This document shows positions 1-9,899 of a stretch of DNA of 64,000 nucleotides, one piece after another; the stretch's first letter is position 1, and each line of letters opens with the position of its first letter. Location of the stretch: positions 21,125-85,124 of the forward strand of contig JAHJIX010000013.1 in assembly GCA_018823045.1 (NCBI GenBank). The letters are read 5' to 3'. The notes beneath the pieces are model-generated. The model had not been told where the DNA came from. It worked only from the letters and a program-made list of their open reading frames with translations, and did not search any database. Position numbers and translations under genes: made by a program. The stretch comes from Patescibacteria group bacterium (lineage in GTDB: Bacteria > Patescibacteriota > Patescibacteriia > Magasanikbacterales > UBA922).

Positions 1-119
1 TATAGAGATGAAATGTGTAGATAGGAGCACTCATAATAACGGAAATAGTGGTAAAAACACTAAAAATTAGCGCAAATATTCGATTAATTATACTAAGATT
101 ATACTGTATATTTTTCCTC

Positions 120-148
120 TTGACAAGTTATCTATTTTCGGCTATACT
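120..148 (+). promoter_or_regulatory. sigma70-type promoter, TTGACA-17nt-TATACT, upstream of rpmA
   Basis: TTGACA at 120-125, 17-nt spacer, TATACT at 143-148, 38 nt upstream of the rpmA ATG. Confidence 0.55.
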
Positions 149-186
149 ACGCACACATATTACTTTAATTCTATACATACCGCTCT

Positions 187-468
187 ATGGCACATAAAAA
201 GGCGGGTGGATCCACCAGGTTGGGCCGTGATTCCAATCCACAGTATCTTGGTACGAAAATCAGTGATGGTCAAGCAATCAAGACAGGAATGATCATTGTA
301 AGACAACGTGGTACAAAAATTTACCCAGGAAAAAATGTCAAAAAAGGAAAAGATGACACATTGTATGCAACAGCTGCAGGTGTTGTTAAATTTACTAAAA
401 CAAAAACAAAACGTTTTAATGGTAAATTAAAAATGAGAACATTTGCCAATGTTGCCATTACAGAGTAA
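187..468 (+). CDS. rpmA: 50S ribosomal protein L27
   Basis: 93 aa. N-terminus [22 protein letters not shown] is the canonical L27 signature. Confidence 0.95.
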   Translation: MAHKKAGGSTRLGRDSNPQYLGTKISDGQAIKTGMIIVRQRGTKIYPGKNVKKGKDDTLYATAAGVVKFTKTKTKRFNGKLKMRTFANVAITE

Positions 469-482
469 CATTTCTTCACATA

Positions 483-519
483 AAAAAACAATCCCGATTT
501 AATCGGGATTGTTTTTTTA
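483..519. terminator. bidirectional rho-independent terminator between rpmA and the mazG-like gene
   Basis: Perfect hairpin aacaatcccgatt/aatcgggattgtt flanked by A and T runs. Confidence 0.7.
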
Positions 520-529
520 TGCAAATAGT

Positions 530-865
530 CTAGTAAACCCGCTCTGCAATTTTATCCATTTTTCTTTCTAGTGCAGAAACAATATCAATATCCATGTTTT
601 TGGCAAGTAAACATGTTGTAATGAGCACATCGGCAAATTCATCAGCTAATGCGCCACTCTCTTTTGCTAATTTTTCTTTTCGTTGATATCCATGACTTCT
701 CAACACTTCTTGTGATAATTCTCCTAATTCTTCTGTAATCTTTGCAACCATTGGAAAATCAAGTACCTGCTTTCCTCCTTCATCTACCTGATAATATGCT
801 AACAATCGTTTATGCTCTGTATTGATAAATGTTAAAAAATCCTGCATATTCATATGCCAATTCAT
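530..865 (-). CDS. MazG-like nucleotide pyrophosphohydrolase (small all-alpha NTP-PPase)
   Basis: 111 aa. EExGEL-type motif (ITEELGELSQEV) and ADEFADVL are typical of the MazG/YpjD NTP pyrophosphatase fold. Confidence 0.7.
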   Translation of the reverse strand: MNWHMNMQDFLTFINTEHKRLLAYYQVDEGGKQVLDFPMVAKITEELGELSQEVLRSHGYQRKEKLAKESGALADEFADVLITTCLLAKNMDIDIVSALERKMDKIAERVY

Positions 866-947
866 TAAATATAATAATCTCGTTTACTATAACATACTTC
901 TGTACTATTGAAAAAAGAGCCTGTTTAAGATATGATGTAAGAAAGAT

Positions 948-2429
948 ATGATAAATGAATCAACACAATCTATCCAAAGCCTCCTAAAACAAATGGAGTC
1001 TTATACAAAAAATACCGATTTAGAGATTGTCCGGCTTGCTTATGATTTTGCAGATGAAGCGCACAAAGGACAAACGAGAAAATCAGGAGAACCATACATT
1101 ACTCACCCACTTGCAGCAGCGCATATTTTAGCAGACATGCGTATTGACCCCATTATTATTACCGCAACTTTATTACACGATGTTCCAGAAGATACCGCTA
1201 TAACACTTGAAGAAATTGAAGAAAACTTTGGCCAAGAAATTCGTAGACTTGTAGAAGGGATTACAAAACTAGGAAAATTAAAATATCGTGGTGTTGAAAG
1301 ATATATTGAAAATTTGCGAAAAATGTTTGTTGCCATGGCAGAAGACATCCGTGTCATGATTATTAAATTTGCCGATCGCATTCATAATTTAACAACACTC
1401 GGAGCACTGCCACCACAAAAAGCATACCGTATTGCACTTGAAAGTTTAGAAATTTATGCCCCAATTGCAGGAAGGCTTGGCATGGACGAATTAAAAGGTG
1501 AACTTGAAGATTTATCATTTCAATATGTCTACCCAAAAGAATATCAACGAATTAAACAACTCAGAGATAATCGTATATTAGGAAGAGAACAATACTACCA
1601 ACAAATTGTTGATACAACAAAAAAAGAATTAGAAGATGCACATATTCCAGTCACTTCTATTACAGGAAGAAATAAACGACTGTATAGTTTTTATCAAAAA
1701 TTACTGAAAAAAGATAATGAGGTTCATCGTGTCTATGATTTAATGGCTATTCGTATTATTGTACCAACTATTGGAGATTGTTATGCAACGCTTGGTATTT
1801 TACACAACTATTGGAAACCAATGAAAGGAAGGATTAAAGATTATATTTCACAACAAAAACCAAACGGATACCGATCACTTCATACAACAGTATTTGGTAA
1901 AGATGGTGATGCTATCGAATTTCAAATTAGAACAACTGAAATGGATGAAGAAGCACATTTTGGAATAGCTGCCCATTGGCATTATGATGAAAAAGGAGTC
2001 AGCATCCCGAGAAGAGAAGTTGAATGGGCAAAAGAATTAGCTGAAATACAAAAAGATATTTTAACAAAATTATCTGATCTTGAAGAAATTAAAATAGACT
2101 TTTTACAAACACGAATTTTTGTCTTCACACCAAAAGGAGATGTCATTGACTTACCCGAAGGAGCGACCCCCGTAGACTTTGCGTATCATATTCATACTGA
2201 TATAGGAAATAAATGTACCGGTGCAATTATTAACGATAAAATGCAAAGCCTTGATACTGAATTGAAAAATGGAGACATTGTTGATATTACTATTGATAAA
2301 AACAGGAAAGGGCCCAATCCTGATTGGGTTCATTTTGTCAAAACACATACAGCAAAAGCACGCATTAAAACGTACCAAAATAAAAGAAAAATGCCAACAT
2401 GGCTTAAATCAGTTCTTCCAAAAAAATAA
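948..2429 (+). CDS. RelA/SpoT homologue, short form: HD hydrolase + (p)ppGpp synthetase + TGS, no C-terminal ACT/RRM
   Basis: HDVPEDT HD motif; synthetase motifs RIKDYISQQKPNGYRSLHTTV and EFQIRTTEMDEEAHFGIAAHW; TGS segment RIFVFTPKGDVIDLPEGATPVDFAY. Only 493 aa. Confidence 0.9.
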   Translation: MINESTQSIQSLLKQMESYTKNTDLEIVRLAYDFADEAHKGQTRKSGEPYITHPLAAAHILADMRIDPIIITATLLHDVPEDTAITLEEIEENFGQEIRRLVEGITKLGKLKYRGVERYIENLRKMFVAMAEDIRVMIIKFADRIHNLTTLGALPPQKAYRIALESLEIYAPIAGRLGMDELKGELEDLSFQYVYPKEYQRIKQLRDNRILGREQYYQQIVDTTKKELEDAHIPVTSITGRNKRLYSFYQKLLKKDNEVHRVYDLMAIRIIVPTIGDCYATLGILHNYWKPMKGRIKDYISQQKPNGYRSLHTTVFGKDGDAIEFQIRTTEMDEEAHFGIAAHWHYDEKGVSIPRREVEWAKELAEIQKDILTKLSDLEEIKIDFLQTRIFVFTPKGDVIDLPEGATPVDFAYHIHTDIGNKCTGAIINDKMQSLDTELKNGDIVDITIDKNRKGPNPDWVHFVKTHTAKARIKTYQNKRKMPTWLKSVLPKK

Positions 2430-2435
2430 TAACAA

Positions 2436-2470
2436 AAAAATAGCCCCATATAATGTGGCTATTTTTTTAA
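2436..2470. terminator. bidirectional intrinsic terminator between the rel gene and parB
   Basis: Hairpin aatagcc/ggctatt with flanking A/T runs. Confidence 0.6.
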
Positions 2471-2477
2471 TACGTTT

Positions 2478-3347
2478 TTAACTTAATTCCTCGAGCAAAC
2501 GACGGAGTTCATCTTTTGAATGATAGACAATCACAATCGTTCCTTTGTCTCCTTTTTTACTAATGCGCACTTTTGCTCCAAGACGCTCTTCGATTAACTG
2601 CTCTTGTGCGATAAGATTTGGATCACGACGAACAGATCCCTTTCGAGATTTTTCTCCATGAGCCGCCACTTGTTTTTCTACTTCACGCACAGAAATCTTT
2701 TGCCCCATCATTGACTGAAATAAAGCAATTTGCTCTCTTTCTGACTTTAAACTAAGTAGTGCCCTTGCTTGTCCCATTTTTAATGACCCTTCAATTAATG
2801 CACGTTGAATTTCATCTGGTAAATCAAGTAAACGAATGGTATTTGCAATCACTGGACGACTCTTCCCTACTTGTTCGGCAACATCTTGTTGACGCAAACC
2901 AAATTCATCAATTAATCGTTTATATGCAAACGCTTCTTCAATTGGGTTTAATTTTTGGCGTTGAATATTTTCAATTAACGCTAACTCTAATTTTTCCTGC
3001 TCAGTTGCTTGACGCACAATAGCAGGAATAGTTGCCAATTTTGCCAATTGTGCAGCACGAAAACGACGTTCCCCTGCAATAAGCTCATACCCACCGTCTA
3101 CACGCTCAGTCACATTAATTGGCTGCATGATACCGTGCTTCTGAATAGATGTGACTAAATCTTCTAAATCACTCGGAGAAAATTGTTTTCTTGGTTGATG
3201 TGGATTTGGCACAATTTCAGACAAAGGCACATGCCAAATGCGATCGGTATTTGGTACAGAAACAGACGTCTGTGTTGCCACAGGCGATGATGTTGTTATT
3301 ACTTTTTGTTGCGGAATAAGTGAGTTAAGTCCTTTACCCAAAGCCAT
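2478..3347 (-). CDS. parB: chromosome partitioning protein ParB/Spo0J
   Basis: ParB box GERRFRAAQLAK, HTH region, 289 aa, directly downstream of parA. Confidence 0.92.
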   Translation of the reverse strand: MALGKGLNSLIPQQKVITTSSPVATQTSVSVPNTDRIWHVPLSEIVPNPHQPRKQFSPSDLEDLVTSIQKHGIMQPINVTERVDGGYELIAGERRFRAAQLAKLATIPAIVRQATEQEKLELALIENIQRQKLNPIEEAFAYKRLIDEFGLRQQDVAEQVGKSRPVIANTIRLLDLPDEIQRALIEGSLKMGQARALLSLKSEREQIALFQSMMGQKISVREVEKQVAAHGEKSRKGSVRRDPNLIAQEQLIEERLGAKVRISKKGDKGTIVIVYHSKDELRRLLEELS

Positions 3348-3361
3348 AGAAAATACGATTA

Positions 3362-4120
3362 TTATTTTTTGGCAATTTCACGTGCTAACCGTGTATATGC
3401 CTTAGCTCCCTTTCCTCGAGGGTCATAATGAAAAATAGATTGTCCAAAACTTGGCGCTTCTGCTAAACGAACAGTTCGAGGAATAACTGAACGAAAAATA
3501 TTATTTGGAAAATGTTGGTAAAGTTCATTTAACACATCTTCTGATAACCGTGTTCTCTTATCAAACATCGTAATTACCGCACCCAAAATAGTCATTTCTG
3601 GTTTTACATGTTCTTTCAATAAAGCAATTGTCTCAAGTAATTGACTTAATCCCTCAAGTGCATAATATTCTGCTTGCACAGGAATAAGAATCTCATCAGC
3701 TGCCACTAAACTATTAATTGTAAGCAATCCAAGTGATGGTGGACAATCAATAATAATATAATCATATCCATGACCCGCTTGCTCAAGTAATTTTCTTAAT
3801 TGATGTTCTCGCTCTTCGACATCAACTAATTCAATATTTGCTCCTGCCAAATTTGCCGTACTTGGCACAATGCGTAATCCATCGTGTGCCGTATTTACTA
3901 TCACATCATGTAAACGTTTTTGTTCAGCTAATACCTCATAAATTCCATGTAAAATGTTCTCACGTGCATGTCCTAATCCACTTGTGGCATTCCCCTGAGG
4001 ATCCATATCAACAAGTAACACAAAATTACCCATCTCAGCGAGGGCAGCAGCCAAATTAACAGAAGTAGTTGTCTTCCCTACTCCCCCTTTTTGATTAACA
4101 ACGGAAATAATACGGCTCAT
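3362..4120 (-). CDS. parA: chromosome partitioning ATPase ParA/Soj
   Basis: Deviant Walker A NQKGGVGKTTTSVNLAAALA; 252 aa. Confidence 0.93.
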   Translation of the reverse strand: MSRIISVVNQKGGVGKTTTSVNLAAALAEMGNFVLLVDMDPQGNATSGLGHARENILHGIYEVLAEQKRLHDVIVNTAHDGLRIVPSTANLAGANIELVDVEEREHQLRKLLEQAGHGYDYIIIDCPPSLGLLTINSLVAADEILIPVQAEYYALEGLSQLLETIALLKEHVKPEMTILGAVITMFDKRTRLSEDVLNELYQHFPNNIFRSVIPRTVRLAEAPSFGQSIFHYDPRGKGAKAYTRLAREIAKK

Positions 4121-4191
4121 GGTGATCGATTAATCCTAAAAAATTCGAAGAAATAAAAAATAACTCCTCATCTCTCCTATTATAAACTATA

Positions 4192-4220
4192 TTGACAAAA
4201 AGCTCAATATTCGATATAAT
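4192..4220 (+). promoter_or_regulatory. sigma70-type promoter (TTGACA-17-TATAAT) driving tRNA-Leu
   Basis: TTGACA at 4192-4197, 17-nt spacer, TATAAT at 4215-4220. Confidence 0.55.
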
Positions 4221-4258
4221 ACGCTACGTAAGAATTTGAAACATATCTATTCTTCAAT

Positions 4259-4340
4259 GCCCGAATGGCGGAACTGGTAGACGCGCGCGACTCAAAATCG
4301 CGTTCCTTCGGGAGTGAGAGTTCGATTCTCTCTTCGGGCA
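4259..4340 (+). tRNA. tRNA-Leu(CAA), type II with long variable arm
   Basis: Acceptor GCCCGAA/TTCGGGC; D-arm GGCGGAACTGGTAGAC; anticodon stem cgcga/tcgcg with loop CTCAAAA (anticodon CAA); long variable arm; T-arm GAGTTCGATTCTC. CCA is not encoded. Confidence 0.85.
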
Positions 4341-4345
4341 CCGCG

Positions 4346-4367
4346 AAAAATAGCCCTAGGCTATTTT
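4346..4367 (+). terminator. hairpin immediately 3' of tRNA-Leu
   Basis: aaaatagccctaggctatttt, a perfect palindromic stem around CTAG. Confidence 0.5.
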
Positions 4368-4390
4368 GAAATAATAACGTCAACCGAGTA

Positions 4391-4426
4391 AAAAAAGAAA
4401 CGCTAGAATGCGTTTCTTTTTTTTTG
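4391..4426. terminator. bidirectional intrinsic terminator (3' end of the large secreted-protein gene on the minus strand)
   Basis: agaaacgc-tagaat-gcgtttct stem with T-runs on both sides. Confidence 0.65.
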
Positions 4427-4437
4427 TTTTATTTTTA

Positions 4438-6888
4438 TTATGGTACTTCTCGAATAGCAACATTATCAATAGCAATCAGCCCATTACGTACCCCAAATAC
4501 AATACGCAAATCATCAGTGTCTTCGTCAACAGTAAATGTACGACTATACGACTCCATTCCATTACGAGTCTTTGGGAAGAAATCATAACGATATTCAATA
4601 TCACTATTTGATTTATGATTACCAATAAAGGCTTTCATTTGCCCACTATCACGATAGTAATCAAAACTAAACTCATACGTTTTTCCGGCTTCAACAGAAA
4701 TTCCTGTTTGTTGAAATCCTCCACTCGTCTCTAAAGCATTTACCACCATTTGTTGACGTGTTGCTGGATTAACCCATAATGAATGACTAAATAGCTGATT
4801 TGGTCCCCAACTACGCCATGCATCATGTGGATTCAACCACTCAATATTACCATCAACAACGAGATTTGTTGTATCATGAGGTGTAATAAATATATCATCG
4901 AGAGAAAATTCAGCATCTTTTCCATTAATCACTAAACGAAAATCTGTTGAACTTGGTGCTATAAATACACGATGATACTCTTTCCATTCACCATTGGTAG
5001 GATAAACACGATCATTATTTCCTTCAAAATCTCTATTTGAATCATTATCACCTAAACGTGGATAAATTCTTCCACTCTCTAATTTATATTTAAATTTCAA
5101 TTCATACGTTTCACCAGGGATCACATTCAATCCACGTTGTTGTACACCTGAAGAAGTTCCTCTTGCATCAACATACATTTCTCCTGATTCTTGATATAAC
5201 TTAATAGGATGACCATAACGAACCCAACGTCTCATTTCTGTAATATCATTTGATGTTGGTTCTGGAAGAAATAAATTCGAGTTAAATAATACATCATTAT
5301 CTAAAACGACATGCCCTTGTAATTGCCCACTATATACATATAACTGAGGAAATCCAGGATTTGATACCTCACCTAAATATACTCTATTTAAACTCATAAC
5401 TTCTCCATGTGATCCAATACTATATTGCGCATAATTTCCCTTATCTCGCACAGCCAAAAACTCACCATTATCATCCTGCATAGTCCATTTGCCGTGATCA
5501 ATCAACACAAGTTTTCCATTATATTCTTGTATATAGGGATTTTTTAAACTATTTTCTACAATATAAGCACTTCCAGTATTTGCAACTGGGTCACGTTGCA
5601 ACAAATGATGTATACCAGATTGACTATAATATAATGCATTTGTACCAACAAATACATATGGTCTACCGATCTCGGCTAATTCAAATGAAGTCAACTTTGT
5701 TGTTCCTTGTCCTAATCTTGCTAAATTTAAATGAAGCATAGAGTCATCATCCCATGTTGTTCCATATACAACAATAGGCTCTGCATATTGATTATATTCT
5801 CCAATAGCAAATGTCGATTTAAAAATTGACTCTTCATTTGGAAGAAATAATGCTTCAGTATTTACGATAACATTATTAACAATAGTTTCTACAAATAATT
5901 GTCCTGTAGCACCTTTATCTTCCCAAAGCACATAGACCTCTCCATTATCAGTCACATATAACTCTGCTGTATGAAATTGAGTAATATACTCAATATTTGA
6001 AGAAAGAGACGCAATTTTTAAAGGAGCAGCCCAAGCACCTGATACATAAGAGCTATAATATACTCCTAAATTATCCGTATCAAGTGGAGTATAATATTCA
6101 TCAGGATATAATACCCACATTATATGTTGATTTCCTGCATCATCTAATCTAATTTGGAATTGTGCAATGGCTAAATCACCACCAATACTCGCATAATCAT
6201 ATACCAATTCAGCATCACTCCAATTTCCTTGAATGTTACGAATCTTCGTATACAATTTTTCACCTGTTTTATAAACAAGATGATAATTTCCTTCATCGTC
6301 AAACACACCATCATAACGCAAATCCCAACCTTCTCCTGGAATTTGTTGCTCAGGAATAGTTGCTGAATTCCAAACCATTTGATCATATGAATAACCTTCA
6401 ATCATTTCAACATCACCAATATCAATCGTTTCTACTCCAGAACCATCTGTAACAGGTTCAGCAATAACAGTATATGATGAACTCGCAGTTTCTCCATCTA
6501 CAATAGGGCCATCAACAGGCTCCCCATCTAGATACAGTTGCATTCCTGTAAAATCAGGTGTTTCTTCTTGACCATCAATAATAAGGCTTTCAACAACAAC
6601 TTCCTCATCTCCTGAATCAGCAGTAATAGCAAATATTACTTCACCACCTGTTTCATCTTCTACAATAGGACCATCAACTGGCTCCCCATCAAGAAGGAGT
6701 TGTATTCCTGTTATTTCAGGATCATTTGCATTTGGGTCTTCTACACTAATACCCTCAACAATAACATCTTCATCTGTAGCATCTACAGTGACTGCTAAAG
6801 TCATTTGTGGCACAATAGCTGTTAACACAGTCAAAAATGCGATAATAAGTTTATTCATAACATCTTGTACAAAAAAAACACCATACAC
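4438..6888 (-). CDS. large secreted protein with internal tandem repeat (DGEPVDGPIV modules); hypothetical
   Basis: 816-aa ORF. Signal peptide MNKLIIAFLTVLTAIVPQMTLAVT; the likelier start is the ATG at 6858. Two ~50-aa near-identical repeats; no catalytic motif recognised. Confidence 0.6.
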   Translation of the reverse strand: MYGVFFVQDVMNKLIIAFLTVLTAIVPQMTLAVTVDATDEDVIVEGISVEDPNANDPEITGIQLLLDGEPVDGPIVEDETGGEVIFAITADSGDEEVVVESLIIDGQEETPDFTGMQLYLDGEPVDGPIVDGETASSSYTVIAEPVTDGSGVETIDIGDVEMIEGYSYDQMVWNSATIPEQQIPGEGWDLRYDGVFDDEGNYHLVYKTGEKLYTKIRNIQGNWSDAELVYDYASIGGDLAIAQFQIRLDDAGNQHIMWVLYPDEYYTPLDTDNLGVYYSSYVSGAWAAPLKIASLSSNIEYITQFHTAELYVTDNGEVYVLWEDKGATGQLFVETIVNNVIVNTEALFLPNEESIFKSTFAIGEYNQYAEPIVVYGTTWDDDSMLHLNLARLGQGTTKLTSFELAEIGRPYVFVGTNALYYSQSGIHHLLQRDPVANTGSAYIVENSLKNPYIQEYNGKLVLIDHGKWTMQDDNGEFLAVRDKGNYAQYSIGSHGEVMSLNRVYLGEVSNPGFPQLYVYSGQLQGHVVLDNDVLFNSNLFLPEPTSNDITEMRRWVRYGHPIKLYQESGEMYVDARGTSSGVQQRGLNVIPGETYELKFKYKLESGRIYPRLGDNDSNRDFEGNNDRVYPTNGEWKEYHRVFIAPSSTDFRLVINGKDAEFSLDDIFITPHDTTNLVVDGNIEWLNPHDAWRSWGPNQLFSHSLWVNPATRQQMVVNALETSGGFQQTGISVEAGKTYEFSFDYYRDSGQMKAFIGNHKSNSDIEYRYDFFPKTRNGMESYSRTFTVDEDTDDLRIVFGVRNGLIAIDNVAIREVP

Positions 6889-7038
6889 GGTGTCTTACTA
6901 AATAATTGTATAATTAAAATATACACTCTTTTGAGCAATAGGAGAAAGATGTACTTTCTTCAAAAAAGGCATAGATCTATTATTATAATGCCGTTAGCAT
7001 AGCACATTTTTGACATTTTGTCAAAAAAACACCCTCTA

Positions 7039-7554
7039 TCAAAATAAAGAAAACACCCCATTAGCCGAAATAGTAATAAGCGTCATAATCGTTGCCGCAA
7101 GACAAACACCTGTTAATATAAGGGGTACAGCACGCTTGAATGGAATATTAAACACAAAGGCAGCAAGAGACCCTGTCCACGCACCAGTAAAAGGAAGTGG
7201 AATACCAACAAATATAACTAAAGCAACTGCACCATACTTTGCATATTTTCCAGAAAATTTTTTTTCAGCTTCTTTTAACTTCTTATTCAACATATGTCCC
7301 AAAACTTTTTGCTTCATTACCCAAACATGTACTTTTGGCATAATATAAAGCAGAATAACCGTAGGAAACATATTCCCCGCAATTGCAATGAGAGCATTTT
7401 TAAATAAAGGCAAATGATATACACTAATACCTATTGGAATTGACGCACGCAGTTCTGTGATAGGAAGCATGGATAAAAAAAATACAGCCCACTCTGGTGG
7501 AAATCCGGCTACCCAATCAATTGGATTAATAAAATGGCTCAACATATACGACAT
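7039..7554 (-). CDS. small membrane protein, putative small multidrug-export family (ELR motif)
   Basis: 171 aa, 4 TM, conserved TELRASIPIG motif. Chosen over the antisense ORF 7010..7348. Confidence 0.55.
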   Translation of the reverse strand: MSYMLSHFINPIDWVAGFPPEWAVFFLSMLPITELRASIPIGISVYHLPLFKNALIAIAGNMFPTVILLYIMPKVHVWVMKQKVLGHMLNKKLKEAEKKFSGKYAKYGAVALVIFVGIPLPFTGAWTGSLAAFVFNIPFKRAVPLILTGVCLAATIMTLITISANGVFSLF

Positions 7555-7556
7555 AA

Positions 7557-8627
7557 TTACTCTTCAACAACTTTGCCAACGGCAAGTTGTCCTTCCTTTA
7601 TTTCATCAGGCCAAGTATAATTTTCAAATGCCCAATTTGCAGCATCACGCGCTTCAGTAAAACGAGCCGTATGACTTTCTGTTCCAAAAGCAATAACATG
7701 AACAACGTGACCAAATTCATCAGCAACATCACACACAAAATTATATCCAGCTGCAGGAATATACCCTGTCTTTCCTCCAATAAATTCAGCAAAATCATTT
7801 GGAATCCAACCGAGTAAAATCCAATTGGTATTCCACATGTGATGTGATTTATCTCTTTTTTCTGAATACAATGTATATTCTTTTGTCAATAACGCATCTT
7901 TAATCTTTTCATGACGGAGTGCCTCTTGTAATAAAATAGATATGTCAGATGGAGAAGAAACATTCCTACTATCAAGCCCAGTCGGATCAGCAAAATACGT
8001 ATCCCCCATCCCCAACTCATACGCTTTTTCATTCATACGCGCAACAAATGCTTCCCGTTGCCAACCAACAGCATCAGCTAAACTCATAATTGCTTTATTT
8101 GATGAAGCTACTAATGCAGCATACCATAATTCCTCTAGGGTGTATACATCACCAGCATACATATGTGCATCAGATAAATCTTCTGAAACAACAGTCGTTG
8201 TGCTTGTCCAATCAGGATCTTGTTCTAATAACAATAGTGCACTCATAAGTTTGGTAATACTTGCAATTGCTTGTACACCATATTCGTTTTTAGCTAACAA
8301 TACCATTCCTGTTTCAGCATCTTTTACCAACAATCCTTGTGCAGTAAACTCTTCTACATCAAGCATTTCTTCTCCCGTAAATTCAGGAACTGGTGGCGCA
8401 ATAACCGGTAATTCAACTACAATATTTTTTTGTGGTTCTTTTTGTATTGGTTTATTAAATGAAAACGGTAACATCGACTCTCCCAAATACGTAATAGGCT
8501 CAACTGTCAATTGCCCCATATAATAAAATGACACTCCAGCAAAACCGGTCATAATAAATAATCCCACAAGCAATGTCTTTACAAATGATGAGAGTGGTTT
8601 TTTCTTTGTATGTGAAAGATGAAACAT
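7557..8627 (-). CDS. D-alanyl-D-alanine carboxypeptidase (peptidase S11, PBP5-like), membrane anchored
   Basis: SxxK (ASITKLM), SxN (ASSNKA) and KTG (GGKTGY) motifs; N-terminal TM helix. Confidence 0.85.
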   Translation of the reverse strand: MFHLSHTKKKPLSSFVKTLLVGLFIMTGFAGVSFYYMGQLTVEPITYLGESMLPFSFNKPIQKEPQKNIVVELPVIAPPVPEFTGEEMLDVEEFTAQGLLVKDAETGMVLLAKNEYGVQAIASITKLMSALLLLEQDPDWTSTTTVVSEDLSDAHMYAGDVYTLEELWYAALVASSNKAIMSLADAVGWQREAFVARMNEKAYELGMGDTYFADPTGLDSRNVSSPSDISILLQEALRHEKIKDALLTKEYTLYSEKRDKSHHMWNTNWILLGWIPNDFAEFIGGKTGYIPAAGYNFVCDVADEFGHVVHVIAFGTESHTARFTEARDAANWAFENYTWPDEIKEGQLAVGKVVEE

Positions 8628-8630
8628 AGC

Positions 8631-9167
8631 CTATATATCAGATAATGTTTCTTCAATATGTGCGTGTTGGTGTAACTCATTATATTCTGGTAACTGCTCC
8701 TGACCAGTAATGCCCAAATGTGCCAAGGCTTGAGTTGATAATTGATATACTGGCAATAATTTTTCTTCATCTTCTAATTCGATAATTACATCACGCATGA
8801 GCAAATTTCTTAAAATAACAGCACAATTTACCCCACGAATTTGCTCTAACTCTGGTCGGGTAATTGGTCCTCTATATGAAATAATCGTCAGTGTCTCTAA
8901 CTGCGCTTTTGTTAATTCTCCCCCAATATCATAAGAAATAAATTGATCAACAACATCAGCATATGTCGGATTAGTCCCCATATGAACACGATCTTCTACA
9001 ACAAACAAATGAATACCAGAAGCATCATGATTATATTTTGTTTCAAGTGTTTGAATACTTTCTTCTACATCAGCATACGCACGACCGGTGGCCTTTGCAA
9101 GTGCCGTAAATGACAATGGTTTTGATGCAACAAATAATATACTTTCAAGTGCGGCGAATAATTCCAT
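8631..9167 (-). CDS. scpB: segregation and condensation protein B
   Basis: 178 aa; ScpB winged-helix repeats (ISYRGPITRPELEQIRGV). Confidence 0.85.
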   Translation of the reverse strand: MELFAALESILFVASKPLSFTALAKATGRAYADVEESIQTLETKYNHDASGIHLFVVEDRVHMGTNPTYADVVDQFISYDIGGELTKAQLETLTIISYRGPITRPELEQIRGVNCAVILRNLLMRDVIIELEDEEKLLPVYQLSTQALAHLGITGQEQLPEYNELHQHAHIEETLSDI

Positions 9168-9170
9168 AGT

Positions 9171-9863
9171 TTAAACGTTAGAGACAATAATATCTTCAAA
9201 ATTCCCAGATTGAGTTAAGTGAATACTCCGTTGCTTGACCAATTCAAGTAATGCTAAAAAACCAACAATCATCTCTGTTTTATTTTCTGTATGTGTAATA
9301 ATATCTTGAAATCGTATTCTTTTTGTTTTTTTCAACAATGCTCTTATATGATCAATTTTATGTTTCATACTCACCTGTCGATCAATTTGCACCTGTGGTA
9401 ATGCCTTTCTTGGTGCCAAACGATGAACCAATTGCAACATTGTTTGATGCAACTCACTTTGAACTAAACGCTCAGGTAATGGTCGATCTATACGAATATG
9501 CATTGGCTCTGTACGAAACACCCCATGTGCCTTATCTTGCCACTTCGCTTCAATAACCTTACTTGCTTCAACAAATTGTTGATATACACGCAACTGTTCT
9601 TCTAAACTTGTTTCATCTTCTTGTTCAAAAGAAAATTGCGGTAATAACATCTTTGATTTTAACAATACCAATTTAGCAGCAATAACTAAAAAGTCCACTA
9701 ATTCATCGGCATCAATTTCTTCAAGTGTATCGACATAGCACAAATACTGCTCGGTTACTTCAGATAAAGCAATATCTGTAATGGTCATCTTTTTTTCTTG
9801 AATCAAAGAAAGCAACAATGCCAAAGGCCCACTAAATTGTCCAGTCGAAAAAGAGACTTCCAT
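9171..9863 (-). CDS. scpA: segregation and condensation protein A
   Basis: 230 aa, ScpA family, directly upstream of scpB. Confidence 0.8.
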   Translation of the reverse strand: MEVSFSTGQFSGPLALLLSLIQEKKMTITDIALSEVTEQYLCYVDTLEEIDADELVDFLVIAAKLVLLKSKMLLPQFSFEQEDETSLEEQLRVYQQFVEASKVIEAKWQDKAHGVFRTEPMHIRIDRPLPERLVQSELHQTMLQLVHRLAPRKALPQVQIDRQVSMKHKIDHIRALLKKTKRIRFQDIITHTENKTEMIVGFLALLELVKQRSIHLTQSGNFEDIIVSNV

Positions 9864-9899
9864 GTCATCTTGTACTTAAATATAAACCAAAATGTATCA

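Noticed and set aside
1103-1381. 92-aa minus-strand ORF
   Set aside because: It is internal and antisense to the rel gene.
7010-7348. 112-aa plus-strand ORF
   Set aside because: It overlaps, antisense, the better-supported ELR-motif membrane protein 7039..7554.
7942-8523. 193-aa plus-strand ORF
   Set aside because: It lies entirely within, and antisense to, the well-supported D-Ala-D-Ala carboxypeptidase gene, and has no motifs.
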